Part shown: in pieces, positions 48,108 to 57,618 of the stretch
How positions within the stretch are numbered: the first letter of the stretch is position 1
How the letters are laid out: each line of letters begins with the position of its first letter
Assembly: GCA_037443545.1 (NCBI GenBank)
Contig: JBBIOD010000004.1
Span: forward strand, 18,683-82,682
DNA from: Ignavibacteriales bacterium
GTDB taxonomy: Bacteria > Bacteroidota > Ignavibacteria > UBA10030 > BY39
Direction of reading: 5' to 3'
Length of the DNA: 64,000 nucleotides
Position numbers and translations under genes: made by a program
The notes under the pieces: model-generated
Seen by the model: the letters and a program-made list of their open reading frames with translations, nothing else
Told to the model about the DNA's origin: nothing
The model's database searches: none

Positions 48108-49655
48108 ATGAATTCGGTGAAAATATCGTTAGCTAGATTAAAACACACAATCAGAATATTTATTAATTACCAAATTTTATTTATTTTATTTTTCCAGCCG
48201 TTAATTGCACAAGAACAACATTTCGTCAAAACTTCAGGTATAAACTTTACTATCAACGACAAACCATTTTCCCCCGTTGGCGTTAATTGCTACTACTTGC
48301 AAAATTTAGCTGCCTATGGCGACACACAAAAAGTTGTTGATATTTTCAGAGAGGCAAAGCAAAATGGTGTTAACACTATTCGCACCTGGGGCTTTTTCGA
48401 TTCACCCGATTCGGCAAATCCGGCAGTTATTCAAATTGCCCCCGGTAAAATAAGCGAACGGGGTTTGCAGGCACTCGATTTTGTAATTGCAAAAGCCGGT
48501 GCGTTCAACATTAAACTAATAATTCCTCTTGTAAATAATTGGGACGATTACGGCGGTATGAATCAATATGTTCAGTGGTTTGCCGATCAGCAGTTCGGTA
48601 AAACCAATTCTGTCGTTGAAAATCAAAAATGGATTACCGGTGCTGGCGAAAGAAAATACAGGATGTTTGTTTCGGGCAATTTAACTCACGATGATTTTTA
48701 CACAAATGTAACAATTAGAGGATGGTTTAAATATTATGTTCAAAGCATTTTAAATCGTTTCAACGTTTACACGCAAACTTTCTATAAGGACGACCCTACC
48801 ATTATGATGTGGGAACTTGCAAACGAGCCAAGGTCGAGCGATCCGACGGGCGGAATAGTTTATAACTGGGTTCAAGAAATCTCTGAGTATTTAAAATTTA
48901 TCGACAACAATCATATTCTCGGAACGGGCGAAGAAGGAATGGATGTAACATCAGTTCCATATTCTAACGCTTCAAAATTTCCAAATTGGATGTTCAACGG
49001 AAGTTCTGGAATTTCATTTTCAAAAAATATAAATCTTTCACAAATCGATGTTGCAAGTATTCACATTTATCCTGAAGCGTGGGGAATGAATTCTTCATCG
49101 ACCGATGCGTGGATTATCGACCATTCAACAATCAGCGGGGAGAAACAAAAGCCGCTGATAATTGGCGAGGCTGGTTTCAGCAGCAACAAGAGTTTATTCT
49201 ATGATGTATTATTCGACCAAACTATTAAGAGCAAAGCCTCAGGATTATTGCTTTGGCAAATTTCGTTTCCGGGAAATCGTTTTGTAGATGCTTATTCTTT
49301 CGATTGCACAAGCGATAAGGCAATTTGTGGACTGATAAAAAGATATTCTTCACTATTTGAGAACCGGAACTCGACACAATTTCTGATTCCGAAAAGCTTC
49401 GATGTAGTTCAAAATTATCCTAATCCGGTTCACCAGTATTCTATGATCACCTACAAGGTGCCAACCCAACGATTCATTTTACTCGAAGCATATAATGTTC
49501 TCGGTCAACGAGTTAGAGTATTAGCCAACCATATCCATCAGGCGGGCGAATATCGGATTTTATTTGATGGAAACGAACTGCCGAACGGGACTTATTTCAT
49601 AATGATGAGGCATAGCGAGGGTTACTCGGTAAAAAAAATTCTTCTTTTACGATGA
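48108..49655 (+). CDS. GH5-family glycoside hydrolase (beta-mannanase/cellulase-like) with a T9SS type-A C-terminal sorting domain
   Basis: Catalytic acid/base WELANEPR and nucleophile IIGEAGF. The C-terminus …VVQNYPNPVHQYSMITYKV…LLEAYNVLGQRVRVL…GTYFIMM… matches the sorting domain. Confidence 0.8.
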   Translation: MNSVKISLARLKHTIRIFINYQILFILFFQPLIAQEQHFVKTSGINFTINDKPFSPVGVNCYYLQNLAAYGDTQKVVDIFREAKQNGVNTIRTWGFFDSPDSANPAVIQIAPGKISERGLQALDFVIAKAGAFNIKLIIPLVNNWDDYGGMNQYVQWFADQQFGKTNSVVENQKWITGAGERKYRMFVSGNLTHDDFYTNVTIRGWFKYYVQSILNRFNVYTQTFYKDDPTIMMWELANEPRSSDPTGGIVYNWVQEISEYLKFIDNNHILGTGEEGMDVTSVPYSNASKFPNWMFNGSSGISFSKNINLSQIDVASIHIYPEAWGMNSSSTDAWIIDHSTISGEKQKPLIIGEAGFSSNKSLFYDVLFDQTIKSKASGLLLWQISFPGNRFVDAYSFDCTSDKAICGLIKRYSSLFENRNSTQFLIPKSFDVVQNYPNPVHQYSMITYKVPTQRFILLEAYNVLGQRVRVLANHIHQAGEYRILFDGNELPNGTYFIMMRHSEGYSVKKILLLR

Positions 49656-49723
49656 TTTTAAAAAAAACCTTGACTTTATAAATACTCTTTATTATTTTGA
49701 ACAAGATATTTGCAAAACTATAG

Positions 49724-50269
49724 ATGCCCAAACTAACTATTGAAGAAATACACCGGAGGTTTGCTTCGTCAACCGAGTTCAACGAAATTTTTGATGCGTT
49801 TGAGGAGGCAGTAAACAGCAATATCGATGATTTGGAATTGTACCGATTATTGTTCTGGAACAGTTCTCTTTCACCCGACGAACTCTGTTTGTTCGGCGAA
49901 AAATTAGCCAAAGTTTTCCCCCACATTGAATACGATGTTTATATGTGGCTTGCGAAAGTTTTTGAAGTTACTTTCGCGATGTGTGATAACTATGAACTTG
50001 CACTCGTGTATTTTAACAAAGCTGCTAAAACAAAACCCGAAGTGGTTGATACTTACATCGCCGCAAGCGATTGTTACGAACCCGATTTGAATATCCCGCC
50101 GATTGATTTCTTGCTCGAATTCGTAAAGCGTGGTTTGGATTATGTAAAAAATCCTGTTCAACTTTACAAACGGCTTGCCGACCTTTACGAAAAAATTGGA
50201 GATATCGATGAATGCGAATACTACCGCCGTTTAGCTGAAGAAACCGGTTGCGGTTCTCCCGAAGAATGA
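49724..50269 (+). CDS. Hypothetical cytoplasmic protein (181 aa, helical, possibly TPR-like)
   Basis: ATG ORF with good coding periodicity. Its stop overlaps the eamA start (ATGA). Confidence 0.45.
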   Translation: MPKLTIEEIHRRFASSTEFNEIFDAFEEAVNSNIDDLELYRLLFWNSSLSPDELCLFGEKLAKVFPHIEYDVYMWLAKVFEVTFAMCDNYELALVYFNKAAKTKPEVVDTYIAASDCYEPDLNIPPIDFLLEFVKRGLDYVKNPVQLYKRLADLYEKIGDIDECEYYRRLAEETGCGSPEE

Positions 50270-51171
50270 AAGCGCTAAAAGGCTACATTCTTATTTTAGG
50301 TGGAACAATTTTTTGGGGAGTGTCGGCAACTTTCGCGAAATATCTTTTCGCCCGGCAACTCGAACCACTCATTCTCGTTCAAACACGGATTACTTTTTCT
50401 GCTATCCTGATGCTGGTTTATTTTCTTCTGTTCAAACCAAAATTTTTAAAAATTAAAAAATCCGATTTTTATATGTTTTCCCTTATAGGTATCGTCGGCA
50501 TTGCAATGTCGAACTTCACTTACTATTTCACTATACAGGAAATAAGTGTTTCCACTGCAATCTTAATTCAATACATGGCGCCGTTACTAGTAATAATTTA
50601 TGCGGCATTTACAAAAGAAGAATCTTTAGGATGGGTAAAAATTACCGCAGCCGCAATTTCCATCGGAGGAATTTATTTAACCGTTAGCGGGAAAGATTTC
50701 TCGTTAGCAAACGTCAGTAAAATTGGTTTGATTACAGGTGCGGCATCGGCGTTTTGCTGGGCGTTCACTAATGTTTATTTGCGGCGTGTGTTGAACCATT
50801 ATTCTGTCTGGACAATTTTAGTCTATTCTTTTATTGCCGGATCAATATTTTGGTTGTTCATAAACCCACCGTGGAATTTGTATTCAGCAAACTACTCACT
50901 AGAAACCTGGTTTACCTTTATTGGGTTTGCAATAGTTTCTGTCTTGATTCCGCACACATTATATTTTAGCGGACTGCGTTACATCACTGCATCGCGTGCC
51001 ATAATTACAGGCACATTCGAACCGATTGTTGCAATAACAGCTTCTTTTATTTTTTTAGATGCATTTTTAACACCGATTCAGATTTTTGGTGCAGTGTTAG
51101 TTATTACTGCAATTGTTATTTTGCAGATTAAGAAGGAAGAAATACAAGAGGTAAAAAGTGAAGCGACATAA
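50266..51171 (+). CDS. EamA/DMT-superfamily transporter (10 TM, duplicated EamA domains)
   Basis: Hydrophobic, two-repeat topology. …LILGGTIFWGVSATFAKYL…. Confidence 0.75.
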   Translation: MKALKGYILILGGTIFWGVSATFAKYLFARQLEPLILVQTRITFSAILMLVYFLLFKPKFLKIKKSDFYMFSLIGIVGIAMSNFTYYFTIQEISVSTAILIQYMAPLLVIIYAAFTKEESLGWVKITAAAISIGGIYLTVSGKDFSLANVSKIGLITGAASAFCWAFTNVYLRRVLNHYSVWTILVYSFIAGSIFWLFINPPWNLYSANYSLETWFTFIGFAIVSVLIPHTLYFSGLRYITASRAIITGTFEPIVAITASFIFLDAFLTPIQIFGAVLVITAIVILQIKKEEIQEVKSEAT

Positions 51172-51754
51172 TATATTAACAGAAAAAAGAAAGAATAAAA
51201 TAGAAAATGTTTTAAAACACCGTCAGCCCGACCTGACAGTTGTAATGGAAAACATCCATGATCCGCACAATGTGAGCGCCATACTTCGTTCGGCTGATGC
51301 AGTTGGTGTGGATGTGGTTCAACTCGTTTACAATGTTGAAAAATTTCCAAAATTGGGTAAGAAAAGTTCTGCAAGTGCAACCAAGTGGGTTGATAGACGA
51401 TCGTTTGAGTCGATTAAAGAATGCTACGCTAAATTGCACTCGGAAGGATTTTTAATTTATGCAACTCACATGGGAAAGGACTCGAAAACGCTTTATCAGT
51501 TAGATTTAACAGAAAAAATTGCACTCGTGCTAGGCAACGAACATCACGGTGTTTCGGACGAGGCTGCCGAATTAGCCGACGGCAACTTTCAGATTCCGAT
51601 GGTTGGTATGATACAGAGTTTGAATGTTTCGGTTGCATGTGCAGTTTCACTTTACGAAGCGATGCGTCAACGACTCGAAAAAGATATTTATAAAAAGCCC
51701 AAATTTAATTCGCGGCAATTAAAAAAAATGTTCGATGATTGGGCGAAGAGATAA
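51158..51754 (+). CDS. trmH: SpoU/TrmH-family tRNA (guanosine-2'-O)-methyltransferase
   Basis: GTG start overlapping the eamA end. …RQPDLTVVMENIHDPHNVSAILRSADAVGV… aligns with the E. coli TrmH N-terminus. C-terminal SAM-binding motifs …LVLGNEHHGVS…QIPMVGMIQSLNVSVA. Confidence 0.75.
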   Translation: MKRHNILTEKRKNKIENVLKHRQPDLTVVMENIHDPHNVSAILRSADAVGVDVVQLVYNVEKFPKLGKKSSASATKWVDRRSFESIKECYAKLHSEGFLIYATHMGKDSKTLYQLDLTEKIALVLGNEHHGVSDEAAELADGNFQIPMVGMIQSLNVSVACAVSLYEAMRQRLEKDIYKKPKFNSRQLKKMFDDWAKR

Positions 51755-51773
51755 TAAATGGAGAATCAATAAT

Positions 51774-52346
51774 ATGGCAAGTAAAAAATTAAAAATTGGC
51801 GATGCAATGCCTTCTTTCGAAAGCTTACCGGCAACCGACGGAATGAAATACAGCAGTTCCGACTTTTCGGATAAGAAAATATTAGTCGTAGTTTTTTCGT
51901 GTAATCACTGTCCGTATGTGAAAGCTTATGAAGAAAGAATGATTGTGTTTCAGAGAGATTATTCTGCAAAAGGTGTTCAGTTAATTGCGATAAACTCGAA
52001 CGAAACTTTAAACTATCCTCAAGATAACTTCGAGGAGATGGTAAAAAATGCGAAGAAGAAAAACTTCAACTTCGTTTTTTTAAGAGACGATGACCAATCC
52101 GTTGCCGATGTTTTCGGGGCGACGCATACTCCCGAGTTTTTTGTATTCTCCACCGAAGGCGGCTCCGCCTCGGGAGGATACGAGGAAAGAAAACTCCGGT
52201 ATCACGGCAAGATGGACGACAACTGGCAAAATCCGGATGCTGTAAAAGAAAAATATTTACGGGATGCAGTAGATGCAATTTTAGCCGGGAACGAAGTTCA
52301 GGTTCCGGAAACTTTTTCGATTGGCTGCACAATCAAATGGCGCTGA
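51774..52346 (+). CDS. Thioredoxin-fold AhpC/TSA/redoxin-family protein
   Basis: …ILVVVFSCNHCPYVKAYEERM… carries a CxxC-type motif (CNHC) in a redoxin context. Confidence 0.7.
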   Translation: MASKKLKIGDAMPSFESLPATDGMKYSSSDFSDKKILVVVFSCNHCPYVKAYEERMIVFQRDYSAKGVQLIAINSNETLNYPQDNFEEMVKNAKKKNFNFVFLRDDDQSVADVFGATHTPEFFVFSTEGGSASGGYEERKLRYHGKMDDNWQNPDAVKEKYLRDAVDAILAGNEVQVPETFSIGCTIKWR

Positions 52347-52411
52347 AAAAACATCCGATTTCTGACCTTGCGTAAGTTGAGAAGAAATCGGAAGTTTGGC
52401 CGAGCGTTGTA

Positions 52412-52445
52412 GAACCACCTTTTTTTTTAGGTGGTCGGCTCTTTT
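52412..52445 (+). terminator. Possible terminator: ACCACCT / AGGTGGT stem with a U8 loop, followed by CGGCTCTTTT
   Basis: 7-bp perfect stem at 52414-52420 / 52429-52435. T4 follows 6 nt downstream. It lies after the thioredoxin-like gene. Confidence 0.35.
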
Positions 52446-52533
52446 AAATTTTTGCAATATTGCCATTCTCTCTTATTTTCCGTAAGTTTTACATAATAAA
52501 ACCTCAGTAATAAAATCACAAAAAGGAACAACT

Positions 52534-52719
52534 ATGGAAGATTCAAAACAGAATGCACAACCTGTAATCAGCGAATTTAAAGGCAAACCAACCATCAGAG
52601 TACCTATCGTTGACGACCCATCCCCCGATACTACGTGGCATTGGTTTACATTCGGAAAAAGTAAAGCGAAAGCTATTGTAAAGTTCTACGATGCAATCAA
52701 AAAGTTTGCTGAAGATTAA
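52534..52719 (+). CDS. Hypothetical 61-aa protein upstream of the nuo operon
   Basis: AAAGGAA RBS 7 nt before the ATG. Sequence MEDSKQNAQPVISEFKGKPTIRVPIVDDPSPDTTWHWFTFGKSKAKAIVKFYDAIKKFAED has no homology I can recognise. Confidence 0.3.
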   Translation: MEDSKQNAQPVISEFKGKPTIRVPIVDDPSPDTTWHWFTFGKSKAKAIVKFYDAIKKFAED

Positions 52720-52814
52720 TCTGATATTGCAATTCACTCCAAATATTTATATATTTTCCAAGTTTTTTTTATGAAAATTATAAATAGTAATATCAAAATT
52801 GGAATTGTTTCTAT

Positions 52815-53237
52815 ATGCTAACTGACTTCGGTCGTGTGCTATTATTCTTTATTATCGCTGGGATTTTTGTTACTTTAGGTTTGGTTACCGCTTGGATTAT
52901 CCGTCCGAAACGACCGTATCCCGATAAACTAACAACCTACGAATGCGGCGAAGACCCGGTCGGTTCACCTTGGGTTAAATACAACATCCGCTTTTATGTT
53001 GTGGCTCTAATCTTCCTCATATTCGAAGTCGAAATACTTTTCCTATTTCCATGGGCACTCGTGTATCAGGACTTAGGACTTTTTGCGTTTATCGAAATGG
53101 TAATTTTCCTTACAATCCTATTCGTCGGTTACGCCTATGTTTGGGTGCGAGGCGATTTAGATTGGGATAGACCCGAACCTGATATCCCTTTCATCACCTT
53201 CCTCAATAATAAAAAACCTACAATTGAAGCAAAGTAA
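52815..53237 (+). CDS. nuoA: NADH-quinone oxidoreductase subunit A
   Basis: …[13 protein letters not shown]… is a NuoA/ND3 signature. 3 TM helices. Confidence 0.9.
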   Translation: MLTDFGRVLLFFIIAGIFVTLGLVTAWIIRPKRPYPDKLTTYECGEDPVGSPWVKYNIRFYVVALIFLIFEVEILFLFPWALVYQDLGLFAFIEMVIFLTILFVGYAYVWVRGDLDWDRPEPDIPFITFLNNKKPTIEAK

Positions 53238-53241
53238 AATA

Positions 53242-53772
53242 ATGGGACTATTAGATAAACGTTTTGAAAATAGCAATATAGTTATTACAAAAATGGATGA
53301 CTTGCTAAACTGGGCAAGACTATCATCGTTGTGGTATATGCAATTCGGGCTTGCATGTTGTGCTATCGAGATGATGGCAACGGGTGCATCGCATTACGAT
53401 TTGGATAGGTTCGGAGCAATGCCGCGTGCAACGCCGCGCCAAGCCGATGTTATGCTTGTAACGGGGACGGTATCAATTAAAATGGCTGAGCGAATAAAAC
53501 GATTGTACGACCAAATGGCTGAGCCGCGTTATGTAATTTCGATGGGAAGCTGTGCCAATTGCGGCGGTCCATATTGGGAACACGGGTATCACGTTCTTAA
53601 AGGAGTCGATCGCGTTATACCTGTGGATGTTTATATTCCCGGCTGTCCACCACGCCCCGAAGCGCTCCTCGAAGGTTTAATTAAACTTCAGGAAAAAATT
53701 AGAAAATCAAGTTTGGTAGAATTAAAAAGTCATAAATCTCCGTCAAAGGCGGATCAGCATATGGCTGGATAA
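53242..53772 (+). CDS. nuoB: NADH-quinone oxidoreductase subunit B (N2 cluster)
   Basis: …[17 protein letters not shown]…GSCANCGG…PGCPPRPE…. Confidence 0.9.
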   Translation: MGLLDKRFENSNIVITKMDDLLNWARLSSLWYMQFGLACCAIEMMATGASHYDLDRFGAMPRATPRQADVMLVTGTVSIKMAERIKRLYDQMAEPRYVISMGSCANCGGPYWEHGYHVLKGVDRVIPVDVYIPGCPPRPEALLEGLIKLQEKIRKSSLVELKSHKSPSKADQHMAG

Positions 53773-53863
53773 ATCTTTTGCTAAAGCCGAATCCCCGCCA
53801 GCCTACAATACAGGCTTATTCAGGCAGGTAGGCGACTTTATCGGAAAAATATAAGATCTAAAC

Positions 53864-54343
53864 ATGTCTCCTCAAGAAATATTAAATAAACTTACTGAAA
53901 AATTTGCTGATGCAATTGTTGAAGCAAAAGTCGAAGGTGTGCTGGAACCGTACGCAAAAGTCAAAGTTGAATCGATCCGGGAAATCTCTTCTTTAATGCG
54001 GGATGATTCTGATTTACAATTCGATACACTTATGTGTTTGAGCGGAATGGATTACGGGAAAGGAATTTTAGGAGTCGTTTATAATTTAGGGTCGATTGCA
54101 AAAAAACATAAATTTACATTAAAAGTAGAAATTTCTGTTGAAGCTGCAAACGTTCCTTCGGTAGAATCGGTGTGGCGAACAGCCGATTGGCACGAACGCG
54201 AAGCATTCGATTTGTTTGGAATTGTATTTACAGACCATCCCGATTTACGCAGAATACTTTTGCCGGATGATTGGGAAGGATATCCTTTAAGGAAAGATTA
54301 TCAAGTTCAGGAATTTTATCACGGTATGAAGGTACCATATTAA
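53864..54343 (+). CDS. nuoC: NADH-quinone oxidoreductase subunit C (30-kDa)
   Basis: …ADWHEREAFDLFGIVFTDHPDLRRIL… is a NuoC signature. Confidence 0.9.
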   Translation: MSPQEILNKLTEKFADAIVEAKVEGVLEPYAKVKVESIREISSLMRDDSDLQFDTLMCLSGMDYGKGILGVVYNLGSIAKKHKFTLKVEISVEAANVPSVESVWRTADWHEREAFDLFGIVFTDHPDLRRILLPDDWEGYPLRKDYQVQEFYHGMKVPY

Positions 54344-54345
54344 TT

Positions 54346-55491
54346 ATGGCAGAATCGATACAAACTCAGGATAGAAAACTCCGTACCGAAGAAATGGTAA
54401 TTCAGATGGGGCCTCAGCACCCGTCAACGCACGGTGTTCTCAGGTTGGAAGTTACTGTCGAAGGCGAAATAGTTACACACGTAAAGCCGTACATCGGTTA
54501 TTTACACAGATGTTTTGAAAAACATGCCGAACAAATGGGCAACTATTCGCAAGTGATTCCCTATGTTGACAGAATGGATTATGTCGCTGCAATGTCGATG
54601 GAGTGGAGTTATGTTTTAGGGATGGAACGGATGTTAGGAATTCAAGTTCCAGAACGTGTTGAATACATCCGCGTAATTATGGCTGAACTTCAGCGGATTG
54701 CTTCGCATACAATTGCTATCGGAACATTCGGACTCGATTTAGGTGCGTTTACACCGTTCCTTTTTTTACTCCGCGACCGCGAAATGATTTTAGAAATTTT
54801 CGAACGAACTTGCGGTGCTCGTCTATTATATAACTATTTTTGGATAGGCGGACTTTCGCACGACGTCCCTCTTGATTTTGTCGATAGAACTCGTCAGTTT
54901 TGCACTCAATTCAAAAAAACAATTGTAGAAGTAAACAACTTACTATCTTACAACGAAATTTTTATCAAGCGGACAGCAAACGTGGGAATTTTACCGGCTA
55001 ACGTTGCAATTAATTACGCAGCATCAGGACCTGTGCTACGTGGTTCAGGTGTGGATTGGGATTTAAGGCGCGACGATCATTACAGTATTTATAACCGTTT
55101 CGATTGGCAGCCACAAATCGGTAAAGGTGAACGTGGAACTCTTGGCGATTGCTGGGATCGCTACATCGTCCGTTGCCGCGAGATGGAACAGAGTGTAAAA
55201 ATTATTGAACAGGCGATTGAACAATTGCCCGACGGTGATGTTCAGTCTGCAATTCCAAAACGTATTCGTCCCAACGCAAGCGAAATTTATATACGCACCG
55301 AAGCTCCACGCGGCGAATTAGGTTTCTACATTGTTAGCGATGGTTCAGGATCGCCTTACCGCGTTAAAGGCAGGTCGTCGTCGTTCGTGAACCTATCGGT
55401 TCTACCCGAAATTACTCGCGGTTATATGATTGCCGACCTCGTTGCAATATTAGGCAGCATTGATATTGTGTTAGGTGAGATTGATAGATAA
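54346..55491 (+). CDS. nuoD: NADH-quinone oxidoreductase subunit D (49-kDa)
   Basis: …MGPQHPSTHGVLRLEV… and …RTEAPRGELGFYIVSDG…. Confidence 0.9.
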   Translation: MAESIQTQDRKLRTEEMVIQMGPQHPSTHGVLRLEVTVEGEIVTHVKPYIGYLHRCFEKHAEQMGNYSQVIPYVDRMDYVAAMSMEWSYVLGMERMLGIQVPERVEYIRVIMAELQRIASHTIAIGTFGLDLGAFTPFLFLLRDREMILEIFERTCGARLLYNYFWIGGLSHDVPLDFVDRTRQFCTQFKKTIVEVNNLLSYNEIFIKRTANVGILPANVAINYAASGPVLRGSGVDWDLRRDDHYSIYNRFDWQPQIGKGERGTLGDCWDRYIVRCREMEQSVKIIEQAIEQLPDGDVQSAIPKRIRPNASEIYIRTEAPRGELGFYIVSDGSGSPYRVKGRSSSFVNLSVLPEITRGYMIADLVAILGSIDIVLGEIDR

Positions 55492-55550
55492 ATGGAATAA
55501 TTGAAAAATGAAAATTAAAAATTATAGATCCGAATACCGAAATTTAAAAG

Positions 55551-56573
55551 ATGGATAAATTTTTAACCGACATATTAGGAAGCGAAATATTTGCATACAT
55601 AATAATCGCAATATTGCCGCTTTTATTTATCGTTCCTTATGCATTGTTTGCAGTATGGCTCGAGAGAAAACTTTCAGCATTTATGCAAGACCGATTAGGT
55701 CCGATGTACACCGGCGGCTGGCACGGATGGGCACAGACAGTTGCCGATATCATCAAACTTATTCAAAAAGAAGATATCGTTCCATCGGCAGCCAATAAAA
55801 AACTCCATTTGATCGCTCCGTTCTTGGTGTTCGTCGGTTCGTATGCCGCATTCGCAGCAATTCCATTCAGCAGCGAATATATCGGTAGTCATCTCAATTT
55901 GGGTATTTTCTTTATCATTGCAGTATCGTCACTGGTGGTTGTCGGTTTGTTGATGGCCGGCTGGGCTGCTAATAACAAGTGGTCGCTATTGGGCGCCATG
56001 CGTGCGGCTGCTCAAATTGTTAGTTACGAAATTCCGATTGCCCTCGCATTGCTCGCTGTAATTATGATTGCCCAAACATTGAACCTTCAGGAAATTAATC
56101 AGATGCAAAGCGGTTGGTTCTGGAATTGGTTTATCTTTGCAAAGTTTCCATTCGTATTTCTCGCTTTTTTAATTTACTTCGTAGCATCACTTGCCGAAGT
56201 CAACCGGACTCCTTTCGATATTCCCGAAGCTGAATCCGAACTGGTTGCTGGTTACCACACCGAATACACCGGGATGAAATTTGCGATGTTCTTTTTAGCT
56301 GAGTATGCAAATATGTTTGCCGTTTCGGCGATCGCTGCGGCAGTTTTTCTCGGTGGCTGGAACAGTCCGTTCGGCGATTTTATGAGTGGACCAATCTGGG
56401 GTGTGTTTTGGTTTGTTACCAAAGGTATGTTTTTTATAGTTGTTCAAATGTGGCTGCGTTGGACGCTGCCGCGTACGCGTGTCGATCAGTTGATGTACAT
56501 TTCGTGGAAAGTCTTAACTCCCTGGGCTTTCGTTTGTATATTTGCAATTGGCTTGTGGATGGTGTTACAATAA
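55551..56573 (+). CDS. nuoH: NADH-quinone oxidoreductase subunit H
   Basis: …[17 protein letters not shown]… and …[24 protein letters not shown]…. Confidence 0.9.
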   Translation: MDKFLTDILGSEIFAYIIIAILPLLFIVPYALFAVWLERKLSAFMQDRLGPMYTGGWHGWAQTVADIIKLIQKEDIVPSAANKKLHLIAPFLVFVGSYAAFAAIPFSSEYIGSHLNLGIFFIIAVSSLVVVGLLMAGWAANNKWSLLGAMRAAAQIVSYEIPIALALLAVIMIAQTLNLQEINQMQSGWFWNWFIFAKFPFVFLAFLIYFVASLAEVNRTPFDIPEAESELVAGYHTEYTGMKFAMFFLAEYANMFAVSAIAAAVFLGGWNSPFGDFMSGPIWGVFWFVTKGMFFIVVQMWLRWTLPRTRVDQLMYISWKVLTPWAFVCIFAIGLWMVLQ

Positions 56574-56589
56574 AAAATAATCGAATACC

Positions 56590-56620
56590 GAATAGTGAAT
56601 TATGAATTTTGAATATCGAA
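56590..56620. repeat. Left arm of a 31-bp imperfect inverted repeat flanking the four-helix-bundle gene
   Basis: GAATAGTGAATTATGAATTTTGAATATCGAA matches the reverse complement of 57000-57030 at 25 of 31 positions. I aligned these by hand. Confidence 0.45.
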
Positions 56621-56929
56621 GTGAAAAAAAATAGAAAATATGGTTTGGAAGAGTGGCTAATAAACTTTGCCATAACGGTGATAAAGCTTGTCGATAAATT
56701 ACCGAATACTATGGCACCCAATTACCATTCGTGGCAGTTAACTCGTTCAAGTATTTCTCCCGCTCAAATTTATGGAGAAGCTTTGGGCGCCGAAACAAAT
56801 AACGATTTTATTCACAAATTGAAAATTGTTCTTAAAGAACAACGCGAATCTTACGTTCAGTTGAAAATCAGTGAGAGATTAACTTCATCAAAGGACTTAA
56901 AATATGCGCTTGATTGCCGACAACTGTAA
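56609..56929 (+). CDS. Four-helix-bundle protein (TIGR02436 '23S rRNA intervening-sequence protein' family) inserted in the nuoH-nuoI spacer
   Basis: TTG start inside the left inverted repeat. …WLINFAITVIKLVDKLPNTMAPNYHSWQLTRSSISPAQIYGEA…FIHKLKIVLKEQRESYVQLKI… fits the family pattern. Confidence 0.65.
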   Translation: MNIEVKKNRKYGLEEWLINFAITVIKLVDKLPNTMAPNYHSWQLTRSSISPAQIYGEALGAETNNDFIHKLKIVLKEQRESYVQLKISERLTSSKDLKYALDCRQL

Positions 56930-56999
56930 TAAATTAATATCATTTATTTTGAAGAGCATAGAAACTACTAAAAGTGGAAAGGTAAAAAATAATTCATGA

Positions 57000-57030
57000 T
57001 TCGATATTCAGCATTCAGAATTCTGCATTC
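57000..57030. repeat. Right arm of the 31-bp inverted repeat (TTCGATATTCAGCATTCAGAATTCTGCATTC)
   Basis: See the left arm. It ends 9 nt before the nuoI ATG. Confidence 0.45.
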
Positions 57031-57039
57031 AATATAATT

Positions 57040-57612
57040 ATGAAACAGTACTTTGTAGATATATTTAAATCAATTTGGACGGTTCTGATTGGCATGCGCA
57101 TCACTTTCTCGCATCTGTTTGTGCCTGCTGTTACGATTCAGTATCCGACAGTAAAAAAGACACTCCCCGAACGTGCCCGAAATCGTTTGTATGTCAATAT
57201 GGACGATTGTATTGGGTGTTTACAGTGCTCGAATGCCTGTCCTGTAAATTGTATAGATATTGAAACTGTGAAATCGTTGCCTACCGAAGATTTGGGTTTG
57301 ACTTCGAAAGGAACTAAGAAACGTTTGTATGTAACCGAATTCAAAATTGATATCGGAAAATGCTGTTACTGCGGGCTTTGTGTTCCGCCTTGTCCTACTG
57401 AATGTATATTTATGACCGATACATACGAATTTTCGGAATATAAACGGCACGATTTGATATATAATTTTTGTACGATGACCGAAGAGGAGATTGCCCGTGT
57501 AAAAACACAAGCAGCAGAAGCCGAGAAGGAAGCAGCAGCTAAAAAGGCAGCAGCAGGAAAACCCGCAGTCCCGGCAAATCCCGGACAAACTAAAACCGAA
57601 AATCCAACATAA
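57040..57612 (+). CDS. nuoI: NADH-quinone oxidoreductase subunit I (2x[4Fe-4S]) with an Ala/Lys/Glu/Pro-rich C-terminal extension
   Basis: CIGCLQCSNACP and CCYCGLCVPPCP ferredoxin motifs. The tail is …AEAEKEAAAKKAAAGKPAVPANPGQTKTENPT. Confidence 0.9.
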   Translation: MKQYFVDIFKSIWTVLIGMRITFSHLFVPAVTIQYPTVKKTLPERARNRLYVNMDDCIGCLQCSNACPVNCIDIETVKSLPTEDLGLTSKGTKKRLYVTEFKIDIGKCCYCGLCVPPCPTECIFMTDTYEFSEYKRHDLIYNFCTMTEEEIARVKTQAAEAEKEAAAKKAAAGKPAVPANPGQTKTENPT

Positions 57613-57618
57613 AAAATT

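Noticed and set aside
53772-55551. Possibility that nuoEFG are missing only because of an ORF-calling gap
   Set aside because: nuoD ends at 55491 and nuoH starts at 55551. The 59-bp spacer cannot hold any gene.
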